Shown here piece after piece: positions 1 to 8,333 of a stretch of DNA of 64,000 nt. How positions within the stretch are numbered: position 1 is the stretch's first letter; each line of letters opens with the position of its first letter. Source of the DNA: Candidatus Latescibacterota bacterium. GTDB taxonomy: Bacteria; Latescibacterota; UBA2968; UBA8231. The position numbers and the translations under genes are program-made. The stretch lies in assembly GCA_965248265.1 (NCBI GenBank), contig CBDFJF010000001.1, positions 2,208,001-2,272,000 of the forward strand. The letters run 5' to 3'. A model generated the notes under the pieces. The model did no database searches and was not told the DNA's origin. It worked only from the letters and a program-made list of their open reading frames with translations.

Positions 1-1361
1 TCGCGTTCGCCTTGTGGATGGGTCTGGGATGGGGTGGCGTGGTCGAGTTGATACGGGAACGCTTTGCCTCCCTGCGGGGTCCGGCCCTGGTCGGGGTCGC
101 GTGCGTTGGCCTGTTGTTGCCACTCGGCATCGCCATTGAGGGCTACCACATCCAGGACCGTACCGACGACTACATCGCCTACGACTATGGTCACAACCTG
201 CTCGAATCCTGCGAGCTGAATTCGATCCTGTTCACGAACGGCGACAACGATACCTTCCCGCTGTGGTTCCTGCAGGAGGTGGAAGGCGTTCGCCGCGACG
301 TCCGCGTCGTCAACCTCAGTCTGTTGAACACCAACTGGTACATCAAGCAGCTGCGCGACCGCGAGCCCAGGATCCACATCCCGCTGCAGGACGATTACAT
401 CGACTCGACCCTGACCGATGTCGAGACCGAGGACCTGCGGCACCGGCTATGGTTGGAACCCCGCACGCCAAAGGAATACGCCGACCTCGGGCTTGACGTC
501 GAACTTTCTGCCGGACCGGGCAACCAGTTGTTGCGGGTGCAGGACCTGATGGTCGTCGCCATCATCGCCTTCAACGCCTTCGATCGCCCCATCCACTTCG
601 CCATCACCGTAGCCGGATCGAATCGCACTGGACTGGACCCGTTCCTTAAAATGGTGGGCATGACGATGAAGCTGATGCCGGAGCGCATCACCTCCGGCGC
701 GGTCGAGCCGCTGGCCACCAATCTGCTGGAGAAGTACCGCTTCCGCGGCGTCAACGATCCGACCATACACAAGGATGTCAACACCGCCCGACTGCTCGGC
801 AATTATCGCGCCTGTGTCATGAGCCTGGCCGATGCCTACGAGGCTGAAGGCCGCAAGGAAGAGCTCGCCAGTCTGTTCGAATGGGCCATCAACACCATCC
901 CGCTCAGCTGGGAGGGGTACTACTCGGCCAGCGATTATCACAGGGACATCGGCGAAATGGAAAAGGCCGCCGAATACCTTGAAACGGCTGGCACCGAGCT
1001 GGTTAAGGTCTATGGCCTGCACCCGTCGGCGAACTACGACAACGTCCTGGCGATCGCCAGCATGCTGCTCAATATCTACAGGGACTATGAGCGTGCCGAG
1101 CACATCTACCGGCTGGGCATCGCCGAGGAGCCGGATCGTTACGATGGCTACCACGAACTGGCCGCAACCATGCAGGCTGCCAATGACCCGCAGCGCGCCC
1201 TGGATTTGGTGGAGAAGTTCATGGCACGCTACGGCAATCTGGATACGGCCGAGGCCGACAAGATGATCCTCCTCAATGCGATCAGGAAGCGATCGGCTCT
1301 GCCGGCTGGCGATCTGCCGCAAGGCGATCCGCCCGCCGACTCAACCGGAACCCAGCCTTGA
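1..1361 (+). CDS. DUF2723 / TMEM260-like (GT117) membrane glycosyltransferase, C-terminal part with TPR-like repeats; 5' end outside window
   Basis: Frame open from the window edge; TM helices, then the DUF2723-typical 'ILFTNGDNDTFPLW..QEVEG.R.DVRVVNLSLLNT.WYI.Q' motif; helical TPR-like C-terminus. Confidence 0.8.
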   Translation, partial: AFALWMGLGWGGVVELIRERFASLRGPALVGVACVGLLLPLGIAIEGYHIQDRTDDYIAYDYGHNLLESCELNSILFTNGDNDTFPLWFLQEVEGVRRDVRVVNLSLLNTNWYIKQLRDREPRIHIPLQDDYIDSTLTDVETEDLRHRLWLEPRTPKEYADLGLDVELSAGPGNQLLRVQDLMVVAIIAFNAFDRPIHFAITVAGSNRTGLDPFLKMVGMTMKLMPERITSGAVEPLATNLLEKYRFRGVNDPTIHKDVNTARLLGNYRACVMSLADAYEAEGRKEELASLFEWAINTIPLSWEGYYSASDYHRDIGEMEKAAEYLETAGTELVKVYGLHPSANYDNVLAIASMLLNIYRDYERAEHIYRLGIAEEPDRYDGYHELAATMQAANDPQRALDLVEKFMARYGNLDTAEADKMILLNAIRKRSALPAGDLPQGDPPADSTGTQP

Positions 1362-1368
1362 GTGCGGA

Positions 1369-2418
1369 GTGGATCCGGTTACCATCGTAATCCCGCACTT
1401 TGACGCCGATACCCTCGGCGACTGCCTGGCGGCACTGTTCGAACACAGCATCCCTTCACAGATCCATGTCGTCGTCGTCGATGATGGACCCGGCAGTGAT
1501 TCATTGCAGCAGGCACGGCAACGCTTTCCACAAATCGAAGTACTGACCAACCCCAGCAACCTCGGCTTCAGCCACTCCTGCAATCGCGGCCTGGAGCACA
1601 GCAAAACCCGTTACGCCTGCCTGCTCAACGACGACACCAAGGTTACCGCGGGGTGGTTAGCCCCTCTGATCGATATGTGCGAGGCTGATCCGCGAATCGC
1701 TGCCTGCCAGCCGAAGCTTCTCTCAGCCACACATCCCGACCGGTTCGACTACAGTGGCGCGGCCGGGGGCTATGTAGATGGTCTCGGATACACCTTCTGC
1801 CGCGGTCGCGTCCTCGACGAACTGGAACATGACCGTGGCCAGTATGATCAACCCGCTGCCCTGTCCTGGGGCTGTGGCTCTGCCCTGTTCGTCCGCGTGG
1901 ATGCCGTTCGCGAGGTCGGCCTGCTGGATGTCGATTTCTTCATGCACTTCGAGGAGATCGACCTGTGCTGGCGCCTGGGCCTTGCTGGGTACCGGGTGAT
2001 GGCTGTTCCCGCTTCGATCGTCCACCATCACGCCGGCTGGACCTTGCCGCCCGACAGCTTCCGCAAGAAGTACCTCAATCACCGCAATAATCTGGTGGCG
2101 CTGTTCAAGACCCTGCCATCGCGACGACTGGTGTGGTTACTGCCGGTGCGGTTTTTTCTTGAATGGCTGGCGGCGCTGAGCTATCTGGCCGGCGGCAAGG
2201 GATGGGCTGCATTGGCACCCCCACTGGCACTGGCCTGGATCGCCCTTCATCCCTTGAATCTGTGGCGACGGCGGCGGCGCAGTCGCAGGCTCGCTGGTTC
2301 CGGGGCTGTCACTACGGCTAACGGTGTCTACGGCGGCAGCATCCTCGTCGACTACTACCTGCGCCGGCGACGAATATCCAGTGAATTATTGCAAGAGAGC
2401 GGAGAGCAGAAGAGTTGA
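1369..2418 (+). CDS. GT2 family glycosyltransferase
   Basis: VTIVIP, NLGF..CNRG, LLNDD and FFMHFEEIDLCWR motifs; GTG start at 1369 chosen within ORF 1276..2418. Confidence 0.85.
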   Translation: MDPVTIVIPHFDADTLGDCLAALFEHSIPSQIHVVVVDDGPGSDSLQQARQRFPQIEVLTNPSNLGFSHSCNRGLEHSKTRYACLLNDDTKVTAGWLAPLIDMCEADPRIAACQPKLLSATHPDRFDYSGAAGGYVDGLGYTFCRGRVLDELEHDRGQYDQPAALSWGCGSALFVRVDAVREVGLLDVDFFMHFEEIDLCWRLGLAGYRVMAVPASIVHHHAGWTLPPDSFRKKYLNHRNNLVALFKTLPSRRLVWLLPVRFFLEWLAALSYLAGGKGWAALAPPLALAWIALHPLNLWRRRRRSRRLAGSGAVTTANGVYGGSILVDYYLRRRRISSELLQESGEQKS

Positions 2419-3365
2419 AACGCGCGCTCAGTACGATTCTGAAACTCGCGGTCAGTGCCGGGTTGCTCTACTACCTGCTGGCGCGTTCAGACCTTGGGGA
2501 ATTTGCCGGTGTCGTCGCCGGCGCCTCCGGGACTTACCTGGTTGCTGCTGTCCTGTTCTTCGTCCTCAGCAACGTCCTGGGGGCGCTACAGTGGCACCTG
2601 CTGCTCAAAGCCCAACAACTGCCCATCCGCTTCCGCCAGTCGCTGATCTTTTACTGGATCGGCGTCTTCTTCAACAATGTCCTGCTGGGCAACATTGGCG
2701 GCGACGCCCTGCGCATCTACGACATCCGCCGCCTTACCGGAGAGGGAACAGGGGGCGCCGCAGCCACCTTCATGGACCGCTTCATCGGCCTGTTTTCTAC
2801 CTGCAGCCTGGCCCTCGTCGCCTATGTCATGGTGGCTGAAGTGCGCGCTGGGGGAAAGCTCGTCATGGTTCTGTTTCCAATATGGTTGGCCCTCGTCGTC
2901 CTGCTGTGCATGGGACTGAGCCGCCACGTCGGTTGGTTCCTGGAGCGCCTGGCCAAGCGAGTCCTGCCAGAGCGCGTGTCCGGACTACTCGGCGACCTGC
3001 GGCTGAGCATCGTCGTCTATCGGCACCGTCCGGGATTATTGTTGTGCGTATGGGTCGTTTCACTCAGCGTGCAGGCGTGCCGGATCCTCGTGTACTGGAT
3101 AGCCGGCCTGGCGGTCGGCATAGAAGTCAGCCTTGTTTTCTACGTCGCCTTTCAACCCGTGGCCGCCATCATTGCTGCACTGCCGATCTCTATCGGTGGT
3201 CTGGGCGTGCGCGAGAATGTCCTGGTAGAACTGTTCGGCAGTGTTGGCGCCCCCGAGAGCCTCGCCTTCGCCATGTCCCTGCTCGGGTATGCCGCCGGAA
3301 TCGTCGCCAGCCTGTTCGGCGGCGTCGCCTTCGTGCTGCGTCGCGTCGAACGCGCAACCGAATGA
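2415..3365 (+). CDS. Lysylphosphatidylglycerol synthase TM domain / flippase-like membrane protein (YbhN-like)
   Basis: Polytopic protein; FFNN.L.GNIGGD..R and LPISIGGLGVRE motifs. Confidence 0.8.
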   Translation: MKRALSTILKLAVSAGLLYYLLARSDLGEFAGVVAGASGTYLVAAVLFFVLSNVLGALQWHLLLKAQQLPIRFRQSLIFYWIGVFFNNVLLGNIGGDALRIYDIRRLTGEGTGGAAATFMDRFIGLFSTCSLALVAYVMVAEVRAGGKLVMVLFPIWLALVVLLCMGLSRHVGWFLERLAKRVLPERVSGLLGDLRLSIVVYRHRPGLLLCVWVVSLSVQACRILVYWIAGLAVGIEVSLVFYVAFQPVAAIIAALPISIGGLGVRENVLVELFGSVGAPESLAFAMSLLGYAAGIVASLFGGVAFVLRRVERATE

Positions 3366-4564
3366 CGTCTATCCGCCCCGCGATCCGCCCCGCGATCCGC
3401 CCGGCGTTCCGGCTTGGCAACGAGCGCTTGTTCGAAGACGCTTCATCAATGATCGAGGGCAAGCGGTTGGGGTTGATCACCAATCACTCCGGTGTCGACG
3501 GCCGCCTGAGACTGACGGCCGACCGCTTATCCGAGTGGCCGGACTGCGACCTGGTGGCCCTGTTTTCTCCGGAACATGGCATCCGTGGCGACCATCAGGA
3601 CGGAGTCGAAGTCTCCTCCACCACCGACGCGCGCACTGGAGTGACCGTGCACAGCCTGTACGGTAGCGGAGAGCGGCAGCCTGGTCCGGATATTCTCGGC
3701 GACATCGATGTTCTCCTGTTCGACATCCAGGACGTGGGGGTCCGGTTCTACACCTACCTGTACACGATGAGCCTGGCGATGGAAGCTTGTGGCTCGTGTG
3801 GCGTGCCTTTCATCGTCCTCGACCGGCCCAATCCGCTGGGAGGGGAAATTCTCGAGGGTAACGTGCTGGATCCGGCCTATGCTTCCTTCGTTGGTAAGTA
3901 CCCGATCCCAGTGCGTTACGCCATGACCATCGGTGAGTTGGCCCGCCTCATGAACGAGGAGTTCTCGCTAGGGGCCGAGCTGCACCTGGTAGAGATGGAC
4001 GGTTGGCGACGATCCTACTGGTGGGATGACACCGGGCTGCACTGGGTACCCCCATCGCCGAACATGCCCACGGCTGACACCGCAGTCGTGTACCCGGGCA
4101 CGTGCTTCATCGAGGGAACCAACCTTTCGGAGGGCCGCGGCACAACCCGGCCGTTCGAACAGATTGGGGCGCCCTACGTCGATGGGAGCTGGCTGGCTGA
4201 TGCTCTCAATGAGCGCAGCTTACCCGGCGTTCTGTTCCGGGACGTCCACTTTACTCCATGCAGTGGCAAGTACGCGAACGAGTCGTGTGCAGGCGTTCAA
4301 CTACATGTATGTGATCGCAACCTCTTCAGACCGGTAACCGCCGGTTTCGAGATGGTGTCTGCGATAAAACGCCAGTGGCCGCACGACTTCGACTGGCGCA
4401 TCCCCGAAACCGGCATTCATAACTTCGACAAGCTGGCCGGCACCGACACCATCCGCAAGGCCCTGGATGACGGGACCGAGGTCGAGCAGTTAACGCTCCA
4501 CTGGAATTCGGAGCGCGACGAATTTGCGCAAATCCGCCGCTCATACTTACTGTACGATGGTTGA
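3362..4564 (+). CDS. DUF1343 / NamZ-type exo-beta-N-acetylmuramidase
   Basis: GLITNHSG, LFSPEHG, DIQDVGVRFYTY, LDRPNPLGG, WVPPSPNMP, EGTNLSEGRGT; ATG 3362 overlaps the upstream stop. Confidence 0.85.
   Translation: MTSIRPAIRPAIRPAFRLGNERLFEDASSMIEGKRLGLITNHSGVDGRLRLTADRLSEWPDCDLVALFSPEHGIRGDHQDGVEVSSTTDARTGVTVHSLYGSGERQPGPDILGDIDVLLFDIQDVGVRFYTYLYTMSLAMEACGSCGVPFIVLDRPNPLGGEILEGNVLDPAYASFVGKYPIPVRYAMTIGELARLMNEEFSLGAELHLVEMDGWRRSYWWDDTGLHWVPPSPNMPTADTAVVYPGTCFIEGTNLSEGRGTTRPFEQIGAPYVDGSWLADALNERSLPGVLFRDVHFTPCSGKYANESCAGVQLHVCDRNLFRPVTAGFEMVSAIKRQWPHDFDWRIPETGIHNFDKLAGTDTIRKALDDGTEVEQLTLHWNSERDEFAQIRRSYLLYDG
3371..3406 (+). repeat. 12-bp tandem repeat x3 (ATCCGCCCCGCG) encoding IRPA x3
   Basis: Read directly; third copy has one mismatch. 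Confidence 0.9.
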
Positions 4565-4657
4565 AAGCTTTAGGACCCTTGTTGAGACAATTGCGTAGCA
4601 ATTGTCAAAACGATTGCTTTAGCAATCGTTCGTCGACCAAGGATTGTCACCGAAATC

Positions 4658-5248
4658 ATGCCCGCTCCCCTGGAACCTGGAACTCTGTTGATCGCGTCGC
4701 TGGCGCTGGAAGAACCGACTTTTTCGCGCACCGTCGTGGTCCTTCTGCAGTACGTACCCGACGAGCTGACGCTGGGCGTTGTCGTCAATCGCCCCCTCGG
4801 GGACCGTGCCAGACTCTACCCGAGTGATGAATTGAGCAATCTGACACAGGGCCTGACGAAGACCGCCAACCTGGGCGGCATGTTCTTCCAGGGAGGTCCG
4901 GTTGATCCCGGTTCGTTGATTTTCCTCCATCGCGTTGATGAACTCGGCGAGGAGACCACCCGCATCCGCGACGGCCTCTACGCCGGCGGTGACCTTGACG
5001 CCCTGCGCGCCCACACGGCTTCAGCGGGAACCGAGTCGCCGCTGCTCCGGTTTTTTCTCGGTTACGCCGAATGGGCCCCCGGGCAACTGGAGGATGAAAT
5101 CAATATGGGCGCTTGGATACTGGCGCCCTGCAATGTCGATCTCGTGTTCTCCGAAGAATCAGACCAGGTTTGGCAGCAATCCCTGCACGCACTCGGCGGC
5201 AAGTACGCACCGATGTCCTTCATGCCTGAAGACCCCACGCTGAATTGA
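4658..5248 (+). CDS. YqgE/AlgH family protein
   Basis: G.LLIAS, F.RTVV, GGPV, FLGYAEW.PGQLE.EI..GAW, P.LN C-terminus. Confidence 0.9.
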   Translation: MPAPLEPGTLLIASLALEEPTFSRTVVVLLQYVPDELTLGVVVNRPLGDRARLYPSDELSNLTQGLTKTANLGGMFFQGGPVDPGSLIFLHRVDELGEETTRIRDGLYAGGDLDALRAHTASAGTESPLLRFFLGYAEWAPGQLEDEINMGAWILAPCNVDLVFSEESDQVWQQSLHALGGKYAPMSFMPEDPTLN

Positions 5249-6429
5249 TCTATTCTTCTATGGGTTCCTCTAGGGGTTCATCACAGCCCGCCCCTGCCGC
5301 TAGAGCCACGTTCGCCATCGTCGCCATCCTCTGCTTGACGAGCCCCCCATCTGTTGCCCAGTCACTGTCGATCCCGGATGATGCGCCGTTCGCGGCGGCC
5401 ATCCTTGTCGAAGCAGAGACGGGGACCATACTGCTGGACTACAACGCCCGTGCACCGCGTTCACCCGCGAGCACACAGAAGCTGTTGTTGCAGTTGGTCA
5501 TCCTTGACGCGGTTGCTGAGGGTCGCGTGAGCCTTTCGGACTCCGTCTACACGTCGGCTCGAGCCAGCGGGATGGGCGGGTCCCAGGTGTTTCTCAAGCA
5601 GGGCGAGGTGTTCACGCTGGGTGAGCTCATGGAGTCGATCGCCATCGCCTCTGCAAACGACGCCTGCGTGGCCGTGGCCGAGCACATTGCCGGCATCACC
5701 GATGAGTTTGTGCGCGCTATGAACGACAAGGCCGAGCAACTGGCTTGCAGCGCCACCCATTGCGTCAACGTGCACGGTTTGGACGATACCCCACGCGACG
5801 GAGGCAACCGGACCTCGGCCCTCGACCTGTCCACGATCGCCCGGGCCCTGTTGGCGCATCCACAGGTGCTCGAGTGGTCCTCCATTCGCTACAAGCCGTT
5901 CCGCAACGGCGAGTTCATGCTCTACACGACGAACAAGCTACTGGGGAAGGTGCCGGGGTTGGACGGCCTCAAGACCGGGCACACGGAACGAGCCGGCCAC
6001 TGCCTTGTGGCTACTGCCCAGCGGCGAGGCATGCGACTGATCTCCGTCATCCTGGGCGCGGATACTCAGCGCCAACGTGGAAGCGAAACCAAACGGCTGT
6101 TGAGTTGGGGGTTCAACAACTTCGACAAGGTGCCTGTCGCCAAGGCGGGCGAGCTTCTTGGCAAAGTCTCTCTGGATTGGGGTCTGCAGCCTCAGGTGAA
6201 GGCCGTCGTGGCTGATACGGTCGTTGCCGTCCTTTCGACTCGACAACGCCGACTCCTGAGCCAACAGGTGGAGTTGCCAGAGCTGTTGCCGGCACCAGTA
6301 GAAGCCGGTGACTCCTTGGGCACCGTCGATATCAGTCTTGGCGATAGCCTGATCGCGCAGGTAACGCTCGTCGCAGACCAGTCCGTGGACCGTATGAGTT
6401 ACTGGGAAAAACTGCTCAGTTACTTCTAG
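5245..6429 (+). CDS. D-alanyl-D-alanine carboxypeptidase (peptidase S11)
   Basis: PASTQK (SxxK), SAN (SxN), HGL and KTG motifs; signal-like N-terminus. Confidence 0.9.
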   Translation: MIYSSMGSSRGSSQPAPAARATFAIVAILCLTSPPSVAQSLSIPDDAPFAAAILVEAETGTILLDYNARAPRSPASTQKLLLQLVILDAVAEGRVSLSDSVYTSARASGMGGSQVFLKQGEVFTLGELMESIAIASANDACVAVAEHIAGITDEFVRAMNDKAEQLACSATHCVNVHGLDDTPRDGGNRTSALDLSTIARALLAHPQVLEWSSIRYKPFRNGEFMLYTTNKLLGKVPGLDGLKTGHTERAGHCLVATAQRRGMRLISVILGADTQRQRGSETKRLLSWGFNNFDKVPVAKAGELLGKVSLDWGLQPQVKAVVADTVVAVLSTRQRRLLSQQVELPELLPAPVEAGDSLGTVDISLGDSLIAQVTLVADQSVDRMSYWEKLLSYF

Positions 6430-6515
6430 CGCTCGGGCGCCCAGGGGCATGACCGCCGGGGCGCACGACTTACCCGTTGACCGATCTTTGTGCTGGCTCG
6501 CCGCGTGACACGACG

Positions 6516-6950
6516 CTATTTATGGTACCTGCCGCCGTGAAGAATATCGAACGATCGGTACAGCGCCTCGAGCAGCACCAGGCGCGCCAGTGCATGAGAA
6601 AAGGTGAGCGTTGAGAGTGACCAGCGCTCCCGTACCTGAGAAGCGGCCTCACGCGGCATCCCCTCGGGACCTCCGATGACGAAAACAAGATCGGATTCAC
6701 CCCTGTTCATCATGGCCTGAAGCCGGTCCGCCATCTGCGGTGATGATAGCTTCTCGCCGTCGACGAACAGTCCGATCACTTTTCCACCCCGCTTCAACAA
6801 GCGTTGTGGTATTCCAGTCTTGTCATCCCATTTCTTGACCGCAACAAGCTCGACCTGTGCGTGGGATCGGATGCGTTTGCAGAACTCTGCCTCGGCCTCT
6901 TCGAACCCGGTTTGAGCACTGTTCAGGAAGGAAACGATCGACAACTTCAT
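6516..6950 (-). CDS. rlmH: 23S rRNA pseudouridine-1915 N3-methyltransferase
   Basis: FVIGGPEG, SLS.LTFSH.LARLVLLE.LYR, YHK C-terminus. Confidence 0.92.
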   Translation of the reverse strand: MKLSIVSFLNSAQTGFEEAEAEFCKRIRSHAQVELVAVKKWDDKTGIPQRLLKRGGKVIGLFVDGEKLSSPQMADRLQAMMNRGESDLVFVIGGPEGMPREAASQVRERWSLSTLTFSHALARLVLLEALYRSFDILHGGRYHK

Positions 6951-7004
6951 GGATTCAACCAGATTGACCAGAACGAGAGTGGCAGATAGATTTATTCTCC
7001 TAGA

Positions 7005-7081
7005 GGGCGATTAGCTCAGATGGTTAGAGTGCCTGCTTGACATGCAGGAAGTCACTGGTTCAATTCCAGTATCGCCCACCA
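7005..7081 (+). tRNA. tRNA-Val(GAC)
   Basis: Cloverleaf GGGCGAT/ATCGCCC, anticodon arm CCTGC-TTGACAT-GCAGG, GGTTCAATTCC T-arm, encoded CCA. Confidence 0.97.
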
Positions 7082-7087
7082 TATTGA

Positions 7088-7125
7088 GAGGCGGTTCGGC
7101 GGTCATCGCAGAACCGCCTCTTTTC
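7088..7125 (+). terminator. Intrinsic terminator after tRNA-Val
   Basis: GAGGCGGTTC...GAACCGCCTC stem followed by TTTTCT. Confidence 0.7.
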
Positions 7126-7352
7126 TGTCTGATTCCTGTTACTTGCCACGGGTTCCAGAGTTGAAATGGATTTCCCATATTGCTGAGCACTCCTGAGGCG
7201 GTTGCCGCCTTCCATGCTACGAGGAGACGGTGCACCGACAGAAAAGCACTGTCAAGGCTCCTACCGATTGTCAGGCCATTTTGCAACCTCTGAACATCGA
7301 TAGTTCCTCCGCTGTTAAGGCGATAGCATGTTGGGTGGCCTGACTGGGCTCG

Positions 7353-8333
7353 ATGAGCACTGAACCACTGGTGAGCGTGCTGATGCCCACCTACCGGCGA
7401 GCGGCGTACATCGGTGAGGCGGTCGCGAGCATTCTTGGCCAGACCTTCAGCGACTGGGAACTGATCGTCATCGACGACGGCTCAGACGACGGCACCGAGG
7501 CCGTGGTGTGCGGTGTGACCGATCCGCGAGTCCGCCTGCTACGCCAGCAACACCGCGGTATCAGCGCAGCTCTCAACACGGGGCTGGCGGCTGCGCGGGG
7601 ACGTCTGGTGGCCCGGCTTGACTCGGACGACATCTGGCTGCCCGACATGCTCGAAACCCAGGTTGCTGCACTCGATCGGGTGCCAGAGGCCTGTCTGTCC
7701 TATGCCCGGGGCCAGGCCATGAGTACCACTGGCGCACTGCTCCAAGATGTGTGGGGCCTGCCCCTTCACTACCCTGGCGACGCCTTCCGCAGCATGGTGT
7801 TGGGTGACTCGACCTGTAACATCACTGTGGTAGTACGACGGGCCTGCCTGGACCGCGCCGGTTCCTTCGACGAGTCCATGCAGACCGGCGAGGATTGGGA
7901 TATGTGGCTGCGCGTTTCGCGACATGGCCAGTTCGTCTTCACCGACCGGGTGCTGGCGCGCTTCCGCCGGCACGGGGAGCAGATATCGGAAAGACCGACA
8001 CGCGACCGCGACCGCGCGGACCGGGTGCGGGTTCTCGACAAGCTGTTCCGAGACCCGAGCCTGCCGCCCGAAATCGGGGCGCTTCGCGGCCTGGCCTACA
8101 GCAACGTGGCGACCGGCAACGGACTGATGTGGCTGGTGGAAGGTAAATACGGCCTGGCGGCACGCGCTTTCGCACATGCGCTGCGCATTTCGCCCCAGCC
8201 GCTCCTGACAATAAGCCGCATCACCTGGTTCGGCCTGCGCTGGCGAGTGCTCGACCGAAACCGGTGGGGCCGTTGTCTGGCCAGTGGCTTTACACGCCTG
8301 CTACACCGCACACGCCAGCGAGGGGAGAGATGA
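7353..8333 (+). CDS. GT2 family glycosyltransferase
   Basis: LVSVLMP.Y, DDGS.D, LDSDD, EDWDMW. Confidence 0.9.
   Translation: MSTEPLVSVLMPTYRRAAYIGEAVASILGQTFSDWELIVIDDGSDDGTEAVVCGVTDPRVRLLRQQHRGISAALNTGLAAARGRLVARLDSDDIWLPDMLETQVAALDRVPEACLSYARGQAMSTTGALLQDVWGLPLHYPGDAFRSMVLGDSTCNITVVVRRACLDRAGSFDESMQTGEDWDMWLRVSRHGQFVFTDRVLARFRRHGEQISERPTRDRDRADRVRVLDKLFRDPSLPPEIGALRGLAYSNVATGNGLMWLVEGKYGLAARAFAHALRISPQPLLTISRITWFGLRWRVLDRNRWGRCLASGFTRLLHRTRQRGER

Noticed and set aside
2882-3361. N-terminal extension of the DUF1343 ORF
   Set aside because: It overlaps the upstream membrane gene out of frame; ATG 3362 coupled to the upstream stop is the plausible start.
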